Source: a virus (Duplodnaviria; Caudoviricetes). Taken from it: 53,173 bases of DNA. A program made the position numbers and the translations under genes. The notes beneath the pieces were generated by a model. It did no database searches. It was given only the letters and a program-made list of their open reading frames with translations, and had not been told where the DNA came from. This document shows, in pieces, positions 18,830 to 27,509 of this stretch; within the stretch, counting starts at the first letter, position 1; every line of letters begins with the position of its first letter. Where the stretch lies: positions 1 to 53,173 of the IMG/VR virus record IMGVR_UViG_3300015024_000005, one strand, 5' to 3'.

Positions 18830-19135
18830 TTATTTTAATGGTACTGGTAAATACGTTCCACAAAAACCGTTTCCTTTCAATACGCTTGCTAAAAAAGGAT
18901 TGGCTTGAAATACTAAATCTCTAAATAGCTCAAAACTATATAATGCTTTTAATAAAATATCTAATGGTATTGAACCCCAATGTCTAATTTTCTGCTCATA
19001 TTGAGACACCCATCTGTTTTTGTGTTTTATGTAAAAAGAAATAGGAGCCTTACTGCCGGATCTGCCAGATTTATATATTTCTACCCTATTCCCTACTCCT
19101 GCTTGATTTATTACACAACTACCTATTAAAATCAC
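18830..19135 (-). CDS. Small protein ending in a copy of the major capsid N-terminal segment
   Basis: GTGA coupling to the upstream gene; C-terminus DLVFQANPFLASVLKGNGFCGTYLPVPL aligns with capsid DLVYKENPFLALVPKDESPDGFAGKYIPVPL. Confidence 0.75.
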   Translation of the reverse strand: MILIGSCVINQAGVGNRVEIYKSGRSGSKAPISFYIKHKNRWVSQYEQKIRHWGSIPLDILLKALYSFELFRDLVFQANPFLASVLKGNGFCGTYLPVPLK

Positions 19136-19842
19136 AGCTTACCCGTCCATCGACCTTTTGAATTTAAAGTCATAGGTATTAAAACGGGTTTGGAGTCAAT
19201 TATAATAGATGTTCCAATAATAGGACGGTTCAAATTGAGCTTATCATAAGCAAATGCTAGTGATTTTCTATCTATTAGACATCCTGATTGTAAAGACCAT
19301 AGTAAAGCATTTGGGTTACCAATATAGTCAATTCTAAAATCGGTATGAAAGTGAAATTGTACTACATTAGTACCACGCTGCGCTGCTAGCTTAATGCCTT
19401 GCTTACTCATACCATGGCAAAAGTATACTGGCTGGCCATTAGGTAGTGTTAGCTGTAGATCGTTAACCCACTGCCATTTAGTAGATACACCGTAGATTTG
19501 ATGCTGAGTAGCTAGGTACTTCATAGGAATGCCATTATGCTTCATCTTGCGAAGGGCTAAACTACCATGATTTGAATCTAAGATAATCATATTAGGAAAC
19601 ATCTTTTCGAGACGTTTAAGCACTGTGGTAGCTTTTACTAGCTCGTCCCCTGCTGATGGTAAGTCACTGTCAGAGTCGTGAAAACTAAGGCAGTGCGCGT
19701 CAACCTCGTCGCCTCCATTAATGATTAAAGTTGGCTTATATTTCTTCTTAATAGCGGCTAAGAATTTAAACATATCTGGGTGTTGGTATGGAGCATGTTG
19801 GTCACTAATGCAAAGTATTCGTCTAGTATCTAATTTCTTCAT
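19132..19842 (-). CDS. Calcineurin-like metallophosphoesterase
   Basis: ISDQH, GGDEVD, DSNH, FCHG, FHFH. Confidence 0.85.
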   Translation of the reverse strand: MKKLDTRRILCISDQHAPYQHPDMFKFLAAIKKKYKPTLIINGGDEVDAHCLSFHDSDSDLPSAGDELVKATTVLKRLEKMFPNMIILDSNHGSLALRKMKHNGIPMKYLATQHQIYGVSTKWQWVNDLQLTLPNGQPVYFCHGMSKQGIKLAAQRGTNVVQFHFHTDFRIDYIGNPNALLWSLQSGCLIDRKSLAFAYDKLNLNRPIIGTSIIIDSKPVLIPMTLNSKGRWTGKL

Positions 19843-19876
19843 TGTATCCCCTTGGTTACACTATAGGCAATTAGTA

Positions 19877-20272
19877 TTACTTTTTTGCCTTTTTAAGTCT
19901 ACGTCTCTCTTTATTTTCTTCCTTAGTTTTAGACTCATGGCAAGGCTTACACAAAGCCTCTAGGTTACGCTCGTCGCACCATATACCATCTATTACTTGA
20001 TCCCAGGACATCTCTTCTAAAGAGCTATTAACAGGTATTAAAGGCTCTTTGTGATCTATCTGTAATAAATATGCTGGCTCTAATTTTTGACAATTAGCGC
20101 ACTTACCCCATCTAGTAACGCGCTTTCTGCTAGGATCGCTATAGTCTTTAATTACAGCGGCGTCTAGTGCTTGCCTTCTTAGCTCAGACCTGGAAAATAC
20201 TCTTCTTAGAGCACCTTTTATTAAATTGCGTTCTTTTGGATTTTTAGGATTCTTCAATGGTAGATTCTCCAT
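19877..20272 (-). CDS. HNH endonuclease
   Basis: CANC, QIDHKEP, NLEALCKPCHESKT. Confidence 0.85.
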   Translation of the reverse strand: MENLPLKNPKNPKERNLIKGALRRVFSRSELRRQALDAAVIKDYSDPSRKRVTRWGKCANCQKLEPAYLLQIDHKEPLIPVNSSLEEMSWDQVIDGIWCDERNLEALCKPCHESKTKEENKERRRLKKAKK

Positions 20273-21932
20273 TAGTATTAGTTACTATAAAGCGTTTTGG
20301 AAACATAGCCTTAAGGCTCTCATTATGTTCGACTACAAATACGCTATCATACTCTAATGCTAATGTCTGTAATAATGTATAAGATTTAACTTTTAAATTA
20401 TCATCTAAACCGTCTAAGCTCTCATCTAGGAATATAGAATTGAATTTGACTGAGTTATTATTACTAACAGCCTTCATTATAGATAAACCAAAACATAGCT
20501 TTAATAGCTGTCTCTGGCCTTTACTAAGCTGAGTGTATACGCAAATGTTTGAGTCTTTATATATGGATACCTCAAGCTTATCCGCATCTACCACTTCAAA
20601 ATTAACAGTTAACTCAGCATCAAAGTGAGTAGATAACAGTTTATTAGTGTTATCTTGCACCTGGTTAATAGTGTTTATTATTGTTCTACTGCGTAAGGTG
20701 TCTGTCACTTCAGATAATAGCTCTAAGTCTGCTAGTACTTGCTTAGCGATTAATAGCCTATCAGAGCGTAAAGTCTCTTCTGCTATCACCTTAGCTAAAC
20801 CTGTCGTATTATTTTCAATCTGCTCTTCATAGGGATTTTTCTCTGTTTTAAGCTCTGTAAGCAAACCATGATAAGTATTTTTTCTAGCAGCTTCAGTAAG
20901 GCTAGCCTGTTCTAAGGATTTAATCTTAAGACTTAACTGGCTACCCTGCCATAATGTATGCTCAACTGCTAGTTTTTGTAAATTATAGCTAAAAATAATG
21001 TTCTGAAGCTCTTTATTCTTAGTATGATCCTTAGGGCCTCCGCATTCTCCACAAATACCTTCTGCTGCTTGCGCAGAACTTAGAGTATTAATAGTACCCC
21101 GTAGACTTTTTATTCTATCTACGTCCGCTCTAAGATTGCCTAAATTTGCTATCTCTGCGCGTACTCGATCTTTTTGAGCAGATAAGTCTATTAGTGTCTT
21201 ACTTTGTGTTTCTTCAAAATTATCTCTTAATTTCTTATAATTCTTAATCTTTTGACTGAGTTCATTAAGGTACTCGCTCTCCTGATTTGATAGCCCTTCT
21301 AAATTATCAGTAAGATGCCCTATTCTATCTTGAGCCTTTGTAAGCTGAGCTAGTTCTATATCTACTACCTTTTTAGCGTCTTTCTTCTTAATAACTAATT
21401 CTGCCTGTATTTTCTTAGGAAGTGTTAAATCTACTATCTGCTCACATATGGCCCTACGCTCTTTAGCTGAGCTTATGAAAAAAGAAGCTGTAGCAGAAAA
21501 CTCATGGAAGTAGGCACCTGAGAGGTATGTCTCATAATTGAGACCTAGTAGATTGTTGATCATTTTCTGAGTATCTGCTAAGTCTTTACCTCTTACAGGG
21601 CTTTGATTTATAAAAGCATCTGTAAAATATAAATCATTACTCTTATTCCCTCTAATTCTAGTAATATCGTAAATAACTCCTGGTTTAGTCTCTATAGTAA
21701 TAAGGCTTTTAGTTATGCCCTTATTATTCCAAGATATAACCTCATCTGCTGCTCCACCTTTAGCTGTCTTACCAAACAGTACCCAGGGTACTAGATCACA
21801 TAGAGTAGATTTACCTGATCCAGTGGCTCCTTGTATTAAGGCTAAACCTTCAGAGTCAAAACTAAACTCAAGTTTTTTATAACTAGCAAAGTTTTCAGCA
21901 GTACATGAGATTATGCGCATAGTGCCTTCCAT
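20244..21932 (-). CDS. sbcC: SbcC/Rad50 (T4 gp46-like) ATPase
   Basis: GATGSGKST, CGECG zinc hook in coiled coil, LSKGQ signature, FLDESLDGLD, VVEH. Confidence 0.9.
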   Translation of the reverse strand: MEGTMRIISCTAENFASYKKLEFSFDSEGLALIQGATGSGKSTLCDLVPWVLFGKTAKGGAADEVISWNNKGITKSLITIETKPGVIYDITRIRGNKSNDLYFTDAFINQSPVRGKDLADTQKMINNLLGLNYETYLSGAYFHEFSATASFFISSAKERRAICEQIVDLTLPKKIQAELVIKKKDAKKVVDIELAQLTKAQDRIGHLTDNLEGLSNQESEYLNELSQKIKNYKKLRDNFEETQSKTLIDLSAQKDRVRAEIANLGNLRADVDRIKSLRGTINTLSSAQAAEGICGECGGPKDHTKNKELQNIIFSYNLQKLAVEHTLWQGSQLSLKIKSLEQASLTEAARKNTYHGLLTELKTEKNPYEEQIENNTTGLAKVIAEETLRSDRLLIAKQVLADLELLSEVTDTLRSRTIINTINQVQDNTNKLLSTHFDAELTVNFEVVDADKLEVSIYKDSNICVYTQLSKGQRQLLKLCFGLSIMKAVSNNNSVKFNSIFLDESLDGLDDNLKVKSYTLLQTLALEYDSVFVVEHNESLKAMFPKRFIVTNTNGESTIEES

Positions 21933-22924
21933 AATGTCTTAAGTCGTTCTTTTTGTTCAATAGACGTATTCTGTAAATTGTCTATTAAACCGTCTAATGT
22001 ATGCTCAGAGGATACAATAGTATGCTCAGGTAATACAGAAGTACTTTGTAATGGTATCAATTCGAGACGAAAGTCATGTATGCCTAGGGCATTGCCAATA
22101 AAATCTTTGCTAATCTTAGATAGCTCCTCTTTGATGCCAGTGGCTTTAACTTTAACTAAGTCTCCAGGGTTAACTCCTTCAAAATGAGTTATTCCTAAAT
22201 GCCCTGCTACAGTAATATTAATTACTACGTGCTTCCTAAGATTAGTAGGTACAAAATCTAACGTACCATCTTCATTTAATATCCTAAAGCCCTTCTGGGG
22301 ATCATTGGCTTCTCCAAAATTCAAGGTATATGGATTTCCTATGAAAGACATAAGCCCTGCAGCACCTTTACGAGGTCTACCGCATTTGATGTCTTGTCTA
22401 GTATGGTAATGGCCTGAGATAACTCTGTAGTCAGCTAATAGGTCTTTATCAATAGCTGTAGGATCTTGCATATAATCACCTGCATTAGAGCCTTTAACTC
22501 CTTGATGCATAATGATTGTAGAGCCTTTATCTATTTGATCTAAATAGAATTTAAACATCTCTAGGTCATGCTGGTAGGGTATAAAGCTTAAGCCAATATG
22601 CTGAGTAAAATGATCTATTACTGTAACATTTTCTATTAAATCTAAAAAGTTTAATGAATGTTTATTGCTTTTTTCGTTAATTTGATCGTGATTTCCTCTA
22701 AGTATAAAACAAGATACTTTTAATATACAAAATGTATTAATCATAGCCTCAATACACTCGCCTCTCATATTAGCTTTAGTGTCGTGTAAGTCTCCAGCTA
22801 CTATTAATGGTACCTGTAACTGATTGGCCTTCGCTATAGCTAGACGCATTGCTGCGTCTGCTAATTCTAAAGTTTGTAAGTTATAATGTACATCACTAAT
22901 AATAACCGCTATTGGTTTACTCAT
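21911..22924 (-). CDS. sbcD: SbcD/Mre11 (T4 gp47-like) nuclease
   Basis: ISDVH, AGDLHD, RGNHD, MHQ, SGHYH. Confidence 0.9.
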   Translation of the reverse strand: MSKPIAVIISDVHYNLQTLELADAAMRLAIAKANQLQVPLIVAGDLHDTKANMRGECIEAMINTFCILKVSCFILRGNHDQINEKSNKHSLNFLDLIENVTVIDHFTQHIGLSFIPYQHDLEMFKFYLDQIDKGSTIIMHQGVKGSNAGDYMQDPTAIDKDLLADYRVISGHYHTRQDIKCGRPRKGAAGLMSFIGNPYTLNFGEANDPQKGFRILNEDGTLDFVPTNLRKHVVINITVAGHLGITHFEGVNPGDLVKVKATGIKEELSKISKDFIGNALGIHDFRLELIPLQSTSVLPEHTIVSSEHTLDGLIDNLQNTSIEQKERLKTLWKALCA

Positions 22925-23792
22925 CTAAAGCCTCCGAAGCTCCTACTAGTTCAATACCTTTAGCTGTAATGTCTAACTCAAACGACTTAGGCCCTGGATT
23001 GCTCTTATCTAAATGATTCTTAAATAGTTTCCAAGTTACCTTAGCACCTATGCGTTGTTTTTCGCCTTTAACCGTGCGCTCAAGCCATTGTTTTCGACTA
23101 GTCTGATAAGTTAAACAACTAAAGAAATTAACTGCCTTACCTCCAGCATTAGTCTTACCTGGGCTACCGATATTGTCGTATGTGTAATTTATCATTAACA
23201 CAGCTACGTCGTGTTCATCACGTTTAGAAATAAGTTTATTAAGCCCTAAGCGATTAATCTGACCCTTACCACCTGGCTTTTGATTTTCAGATGTTAAATC
23301 AATCTGAGCGTCACGTTTAGACACTACATTACCTAATGAGTCAAAAACCACTAGTAGTTTACCTTCTGGAGCTACTGCAAAGAAACCATCCCATAGTTTA
23401 AATAACAACTCAAAAGCCTCTTCTGCTACGGACGATTGAACAAGCATGATTTGAGAAGCGTCTACACCCCAGGCTGTAAGATCTTGAGTAGTAGTCTTGC
23501 CTTCTGTTTCAACGTAAATTACATTAACGTCTTGAGACTGAGCTGCTTTCATAGCTGCTACTGCACACGATGTCTTACCTGAGTCTGAGTCTCCAGCTAC
23601 CATTACTAGCTTACCAAATGGTATTCCCTTGGTATTAGTGCCTTGTTGCCACCACTCAGGCATAATAATAAAGTCTTTATCTTCTAAACCGCGTAGATTA
23701 TTACCTACTCCAATTTTATCAGCTTTTTTTGAATCCTTAGCGTAAAGTTTTTGTACGTTTGCTACTACCTTTGATATATCTACTTTAGACAT
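22917..23792 (-). CDS. recA: RecA/UvsX recombinase
   Basis: GIPFGK, GDSDSGKT, YVETE, VFDSLG, AGGKAVNF, KLFKNH. Confidence 0.9.
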   Translation of the reverse strand: MSKVDISKVVANVQKLYAKDSKKADKIGVGNNLRGLEDKDFIIMPEWWQQGTNTKGIPFGKLVMVAGDSDSGKTSCAVAAMKAAQSQDVNVIYVETEGKTTTQDLTAWGVDASQIMLVQSSVAEEAFELLFKLWDGFFAVAPEGKLLVVFDSLGNVVSKRDAQIDLTSENQKPGGKGQINRLGLNKLISKRDEHDVAVLMINYTYDNIGSPGKTNAGGKAVNFFSCLTYQTSRKQWLERTVKGEKQRIGAKVTWKLFKNHLDKSNPGPKSFELDITAKGIELVGASEALDE

Positions 23793-23985
23793 CTTGCATC
23801 CTCACTAGCGTTTGTTTAACTTGATTTAATAACTCCAGATACAAAGTAAAATCTCCTGCCTGAAACCACTCTAGGTCCAAATCAATATCTTTATGCAGAT
23901 TATTTAGTTTCACAGTTACTACAAAATAATCAGAACTTTTATCGTATCTCATAGAAATTGTAAATTTATGATTAACCTCTGACAT
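23785..23985 (-). CDS. Hypothetical protein
   Basis: 66 aa, coupled in the operon. Confidence 0.6.
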   Translation of the reverse strand: MSEVNHKFTISMRYDKSSDYFVVTVKLNNLHKDIDLDLEWFQAGDFTLYLELLNQVKQTLVRMQDV

Positions 23986-24311
23986 TATAATTCTCCAATG
24001 TAATGATAATTACTGTTATTTGTAGTCAATGATTCCCAATGATAACAAAATATTTCTAGTTCATCCGCTACAGTATTATAATAAACATATTTTTTATCTC
24101 CTGAATATATAAAACTTGTAGAAATAATTCCTGGTAGTGAAGGTTTAATCTCTGCAGGTAAACTAACTTCTAAATATTTTTCTTTATTTTCTTGTTCTTT
24201 TAATTTTTTAAATATTTTTCTAGTTAATATAAACCCATAAATCAAATAGCAAAAAACAGCTGCCATTAAAAATACTACAAATATTCCCATTGCTAATTGT
24301 ATACTCATCAC
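23985..24311 (-). CDS. Membrane-anchored hypothetical protein
   Basis: N-terminal hydrophobic helix. Confidence 0.65.
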   Translation of the reverse strand: MMSIQLAMGIFVVFLMAAVFCYLIYGFILTRKIFKKLKEQENKEKYLEVSLPAEIKPSLPGIISTSFIYSGDKKYVYYNTVADELEIFCYHWESLTTNNSNYHYIGEL

Positions 24312-24703
24312 TGCCCCTTGCTTACTTGTCTATAATAAACGTGTGCATTAGTAAAAATGTCCATATAACGCTCTAAATTTGCCTTTTTAGACTCTGCCTC
24401 ATCAAATGCCTGCTGTTCGCTAATAACGATTGCATCTACGTCTACCATAGCTTGTAATAATACGTCTGAAGGCTTCTTGTCACCTTTAGTAGCGCCATCT
24501 AGATAAACGGCTGCTCTAATAGCTTTAACTCCAGACTTACGCATACGACTATCTAAATCAACTTGATACAGCTCTTTAGATACTCGCATCTGAGCGTGTA
24601 AAAACTTAGCAGATAACTTCTCAGCGTCTGCTAATGTAATTCCTTCATCGTAAGACGCTATAATTTCAGATTCAAGACTCTCACAAAGCTGTAAAAAGTC
24701 CAT
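24308..24703 (-). CDS. UvsY-like recombination mediator (putative)
   Basis: 131-aa all-helical protein near recA; VYL...KKPSDVLLQAMVDVD followed by a long coiled coil. Confidence 0.5.
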   Translation of the reverse strand: MDFLQLCESLESEIIASYDEGITLADAEKLSAKFLHAQMRVSKELYQVDLDSRMRKSGVKAIRAAVYLDGATKGDKKPSDVLLQAMVDVDAIVISEQQAFDEAESKKANLERYMDIFTNAHVYYRQVSKGQ

Positions 24704-24990
24704 TATTTACCCTTAAAAAAGTTAAGTATTTTAGCCATAGCTCCAGGAGTAGTATCTACAGGAGTCTCAACAACAGGTGTTTCTACGACATTCTTCACTA
24801 CTTGTAAAGGTACCGGAGTTGCATTTTGATATGCTTCTTCAAAATCACCTTCTTGTACATTAATGCGACCATCAATACCTTGAAATGTAATCCCACCGTT
24901 AACGTCTACTACGTTATAAATACCACCTTGTACAATGCCTGGTAAACTATTTGTCAATGCTCTTACTATCATCCCACGCTCTAATTTCAT
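24703..24990 (-). CDS. SH3/KOW-like hypothetical protein
   Basis: LERGMIVRA...GGIYNVVDV; VVETP repeat. Confidence 0.6.
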   Translation of the reverse strand: MKLERGMIVRALTNSLPGIVQGGIYNVVDVNGGITFQGIDGRINVQEGDFEEAYQNATPVPLQVVKNVVETPVVETPVDTTPGAMAKILNFFKGK

Positions 24991-25410
24991 CTAAAACTCC
25001 ATTCCCAGGCTTACGCCAAATGTTTTGTTTGTTAATCCAAATGCACCTACGTTAATAGGTCCTATAAACTTCTTTGAAACCATAATACCATACGTCGCTT
25101 TATCTTGATGAAAATCATAACCTAATAATGCGTTAACATGAACTTTAGATAATGCTGTCGTACTTTCAACTGTTTTTACTATTTTAGTCTCTTCAGATCT
25201 TAACACACTATCTTTAATAGTAACAGTTCTAATATTACCTCTTACATCTTTAGTCGTTACAGTCTCTACATGAGTATCTACTTCTTTATCTTTAACATCG
25301 TTTGATACTACCGTAGTTTGCGTGTTAGTTTTAGGTTTACCTTCATAAAAACCAAACGCATAGGCACTAATCACTAGTAATGCTCCTAATAAATATTTTA
25401 GTTTATCCAT
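24991..25410 (-). CDS. Exported or membrane protein with amphipathic beta C-terminus
   Basis: N-terminal TM/signal, Thr-rich linker, beta strands ending in terminal Phe (GVSLGMEF). Confidence 0.65.
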   Translation of the reverse strand: MDKLKYLLGALLVISAYAFGFYEGKPKTNTQTTVVSNDVKDKEVDTHVETVTTKDVRGNIRTVTIKDSVLRSEETKIVKTVESTTALSKVHVNALLGYDFHQDKATYGIMVSKKFIGPINVGAFGLTNKTFGVSLGMEF

Positions 25411-25787
25411 TATTTACCGTACATCTTTCTAATTCTAGTCTTTTCAACTTCAGATATCACTGGGCACACAACATGATCTTTAACCTTAATGGAACTTACT
25501 TTTCCTTGAGCTAGCTTAGGAATCTCGTCTTCAATACCTTCGTCCCATCCAAACAATCCATAATTACCGTTATTACGACCGTATTCTTGACCTGGACGTA
25601 AATCTTCGGTAACACTTGTAACTTTAAAATACTCAGCTTTAGTGATGCCACAACCAACATTAGCGCAACACTCATAAGGCTCACCTCTAAATGGTGTATA
25701 CATAACCCATTTATGACTACAAGGCTTATTTCCGCCATCACTGGACATGGCGGTTATATACATATCAAGCATATTTGTCTCCTTCAA
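25410..25787 (-). CDS. Cys/His-containing hypothetical protein
   Basis: CSHKW...CCANVGC putative zinc ribbon. Confidence 0.65.
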   Translation of the reverse strand: MKETNMLDMYITAMSSDGGNKPCSHKWVMYTPFRGEPYECCANVGCGITKAEYFKVTSVTEDLRPGQEYGRNNGNYGLFGWDEGIEDEIPKLAQGKVSSIKVKDHVVCPVISEVEKTRIRKMYGK

Positions 25788-25899
25788 AATAAATAGCTGC
25801 CCCTAATAAAATAATAGCTATTACATTAAATGTTGAAAATACGCTTAATGGTAAAAACGCCAATATTGCAAGATTCATCAAAAATAAAAATAGTTTCAT
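25765..25899 (-). CDS. 44-aa two-helix membrane protein, not in the ORF track
   Basis: GGGGG RBS; MKLFLFLMNLAILAFLPLSVFSTFNVIAIILLGAAIYFEGDKYA. Confidence 0.5.
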   Translation of the reverse strand: MKLFLFLMNLAILAFLPLSVFSTFNVIAIILLGAAIYFEGDKYA

Positions 25900-26049
25900 A
25901 ATACCCCCAAAAATTGTAGTTTAAATGTTCTTACTAATATATTAAACATTGATTTACTAATCCCTGCATTTAATTTTAAATTAACTAAAATATTATTTTT
26001 TACATCGTAAATAATTATTTCATTTGCCGTGAGCAATACCATATCTGAA

Positions 26050-26529
26050 TCATATAATCCTATCTATTAGCCCTAAAGCTAAACATTGTTCTGCGTTTAA
26101 ATACGTTGTTTCTTTATGCATCGCTGTCCAAATACTAGCTTTTGTACCAGTTAATTCTTCTAATATGTTTGCCCATTGTACTTCTAAACGTCGTAATTGT
26201 CCAGCTTCTCTTTCTAATTCTAACACATTGCCTTCTAACGTACCGCTGTTTTCGTGTACCATCACCCAGGCCTCTTTACTCATAAACCTAGTATTACCGC
26301 TGGCAAGCACTAATACGGCTGCTGATGCTACTAGCCCATAAGCTTGAATACAAACATCGAGATGCATTTCTCTAATTAAAGACGCATACGCTAACGCTGC
26401 ATAACTATCTCCACCTGGGCTACTAAGCTCTATGGTAATGCTATCTACTTTTTCATGTCTATTAGCAATCTTCTTACTAAACTTTTTAAAACTCTCCATA
26501 CTTAAGTCACTACTAATCCGGATAACCAC
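26050..26529 (-). CDS. clpP: ClpP-like protease
   Basis: SSPGG, AYGLVASAA (Ser), VMVHE (His), YLNAEQCLALGLIDRII. Confidence 0.85.
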   Translation of the reverse strand: MVIRISSDLSMESFKKFSKKIANRHEKVDSITIELSSPGGDSYAALAYASLIREMHLDVCIQAYGLVASAAVLVLASGNTRFMSKEAWVMVHENSGTLEGNVLELEREAGQLRRLEVQWANILEELTGTKASIWTAMHKETTYLNAEQCLALGLIDRII

Positions 26530-26966
26530 TAAATACCCCCATTTAACATCTGATTTATCAATTTCAATCTATTCTCTAATACACTGAAATCTAAACCAAT
26601 ATTGTTGTTACCATTCATTATGCCAGGTCCAGCGATATGATTCAAGTTATAAGAACAATGCCCCAACTCGTGTATCACAATGAAATATGTCCTATAGTCA
26701 AACACCGTTACATCGTCTGTAACGACACTAACTTTATACCCGTCTGCACCTTTGCTACAAATACCATCGTACATATGATCAATAGACTCCGAAGCTTTAT
26801 AAAAAGTAATATAACTTAAATCAACATTACGATAGCCGTCCATAGCCAACTCACTGTTAAACTTATTAATATAAATACTAAAATCAGCTTTAACACCATA
26901 AGATTTAGCGTTTGGATACACTATAGGTTTACACCCAACTAATACCAACAATAATAACCATTTCAA
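26529..26966 (-). CDS. Lipoprotein zinc metalloprotease (metzincin-like)
   Basis: LVGC lipobox; HELGHCSYNLNH and GIMN Met-turn. Confidence 0.75.
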   Translation of the reverse strand: MKWLLLLVLVGCKPIVYPNAKSYGVKADFSIYINKFNSELAMDGYRNVDLSYITFYKASESIDHMYDGICSKGADGYKVSVVTDDVTVFDYRTYFIVIHELGHCSYNLNHIAGPGIMNGNNNIGLDFSVLENRLKLINQMLNGGI

Positions 26967-27145
26967 AATACACCTCTGACAACTAAAGCTATTTCTATAA
27001 TATACATCAAAACCTTAGTAAAACCAATGTATAAATAACTATCTAATATAGAATATATGTGCATAGCCTTAATAGGTGATATAATAGCTAATATAAAATA
27101 TATAATTAAAAATAATGTGATAAGTCTTAATAAACGCATAAACAT
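26963..27145 (-). CDS. Small membrane protein
   Basis: Two hydrophobic segments; AAAGG RBS. Confidence 0.55.
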   Translation of the reverse strand: MFMRLLRLITLFLIIYFILAIISPIKAMHIYSILDSYLYIGFTKVLMYIIEIALVVRGVF

Positions 27146-27160
27146 CCTTTAACTAAAGAT

Positions 27161-27210
27161 AAGCTGTTAGTAGTATATGATCGGAGGGGAGGTCCTACTA
27201 CTAACAGCTT
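27161..27210. repeat. Perfect 15-bp inverted repeat with a 20-nt loop
   Basis: AAGCTGTTAGTAGTA ... TACTACTAACAGCTT. Confidence 0.9.
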
Positions 27211-27241
27211 GGATGGGCTATCATGATGTTTGTCTAGTATT

Positions 27242-27270
27242 AGAATATAATAAAATTTATTAAAAGTCAA
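27242..27270 (-). promoter_or_regulatory. Sigma70 promoter of the leftward recombination operon
   Basis: TTGACT-17 nt-TATTCT. Confidence 0.6.
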
Positions 27271-27494
27271 GTGATATTTATCATTATATAGTAGTATTTT
27301 TAACTAATATGGTATAAGCTAATAACTATCACATCACATATTAAGCACATAGAGTAGGTATAAATGTTGCACATGAAAACAAAAACAGTAAAAAAGAATA
27401 TAAAGATATTATAACTATTAGCTATAAGGGTGTCTAGTCATTAATATTTATACTAATCATAAGAATAACTAATGATACAAAAGCTTAGTAGGTA

Positions 27495-27503
27495 TGTTAA
27501 GAT
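27495..27503 (+). promoter_or_regulatory. Extended -10 promoter, leaderless helicase mRNA
   Basis: TG-T-TAAGAT with ATG 6 nt downstream and no RBS. Confidence 0.45.
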
Positions 27504-27509
27504 AAGAAC

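Noticed and set aside
25896-26053. Possible ~52-aa gene broken by a one-base frameshift near 26018
   Set aside because: The coupled ATG stops after 12 codons; the continuation is AT-rich with no recognisable motif, so there is too little support
27290-27480. Iteron-like TAACTA(A/T) repeats
   Set aside because: Too short and irregular for such an AT-rich region to call an origin
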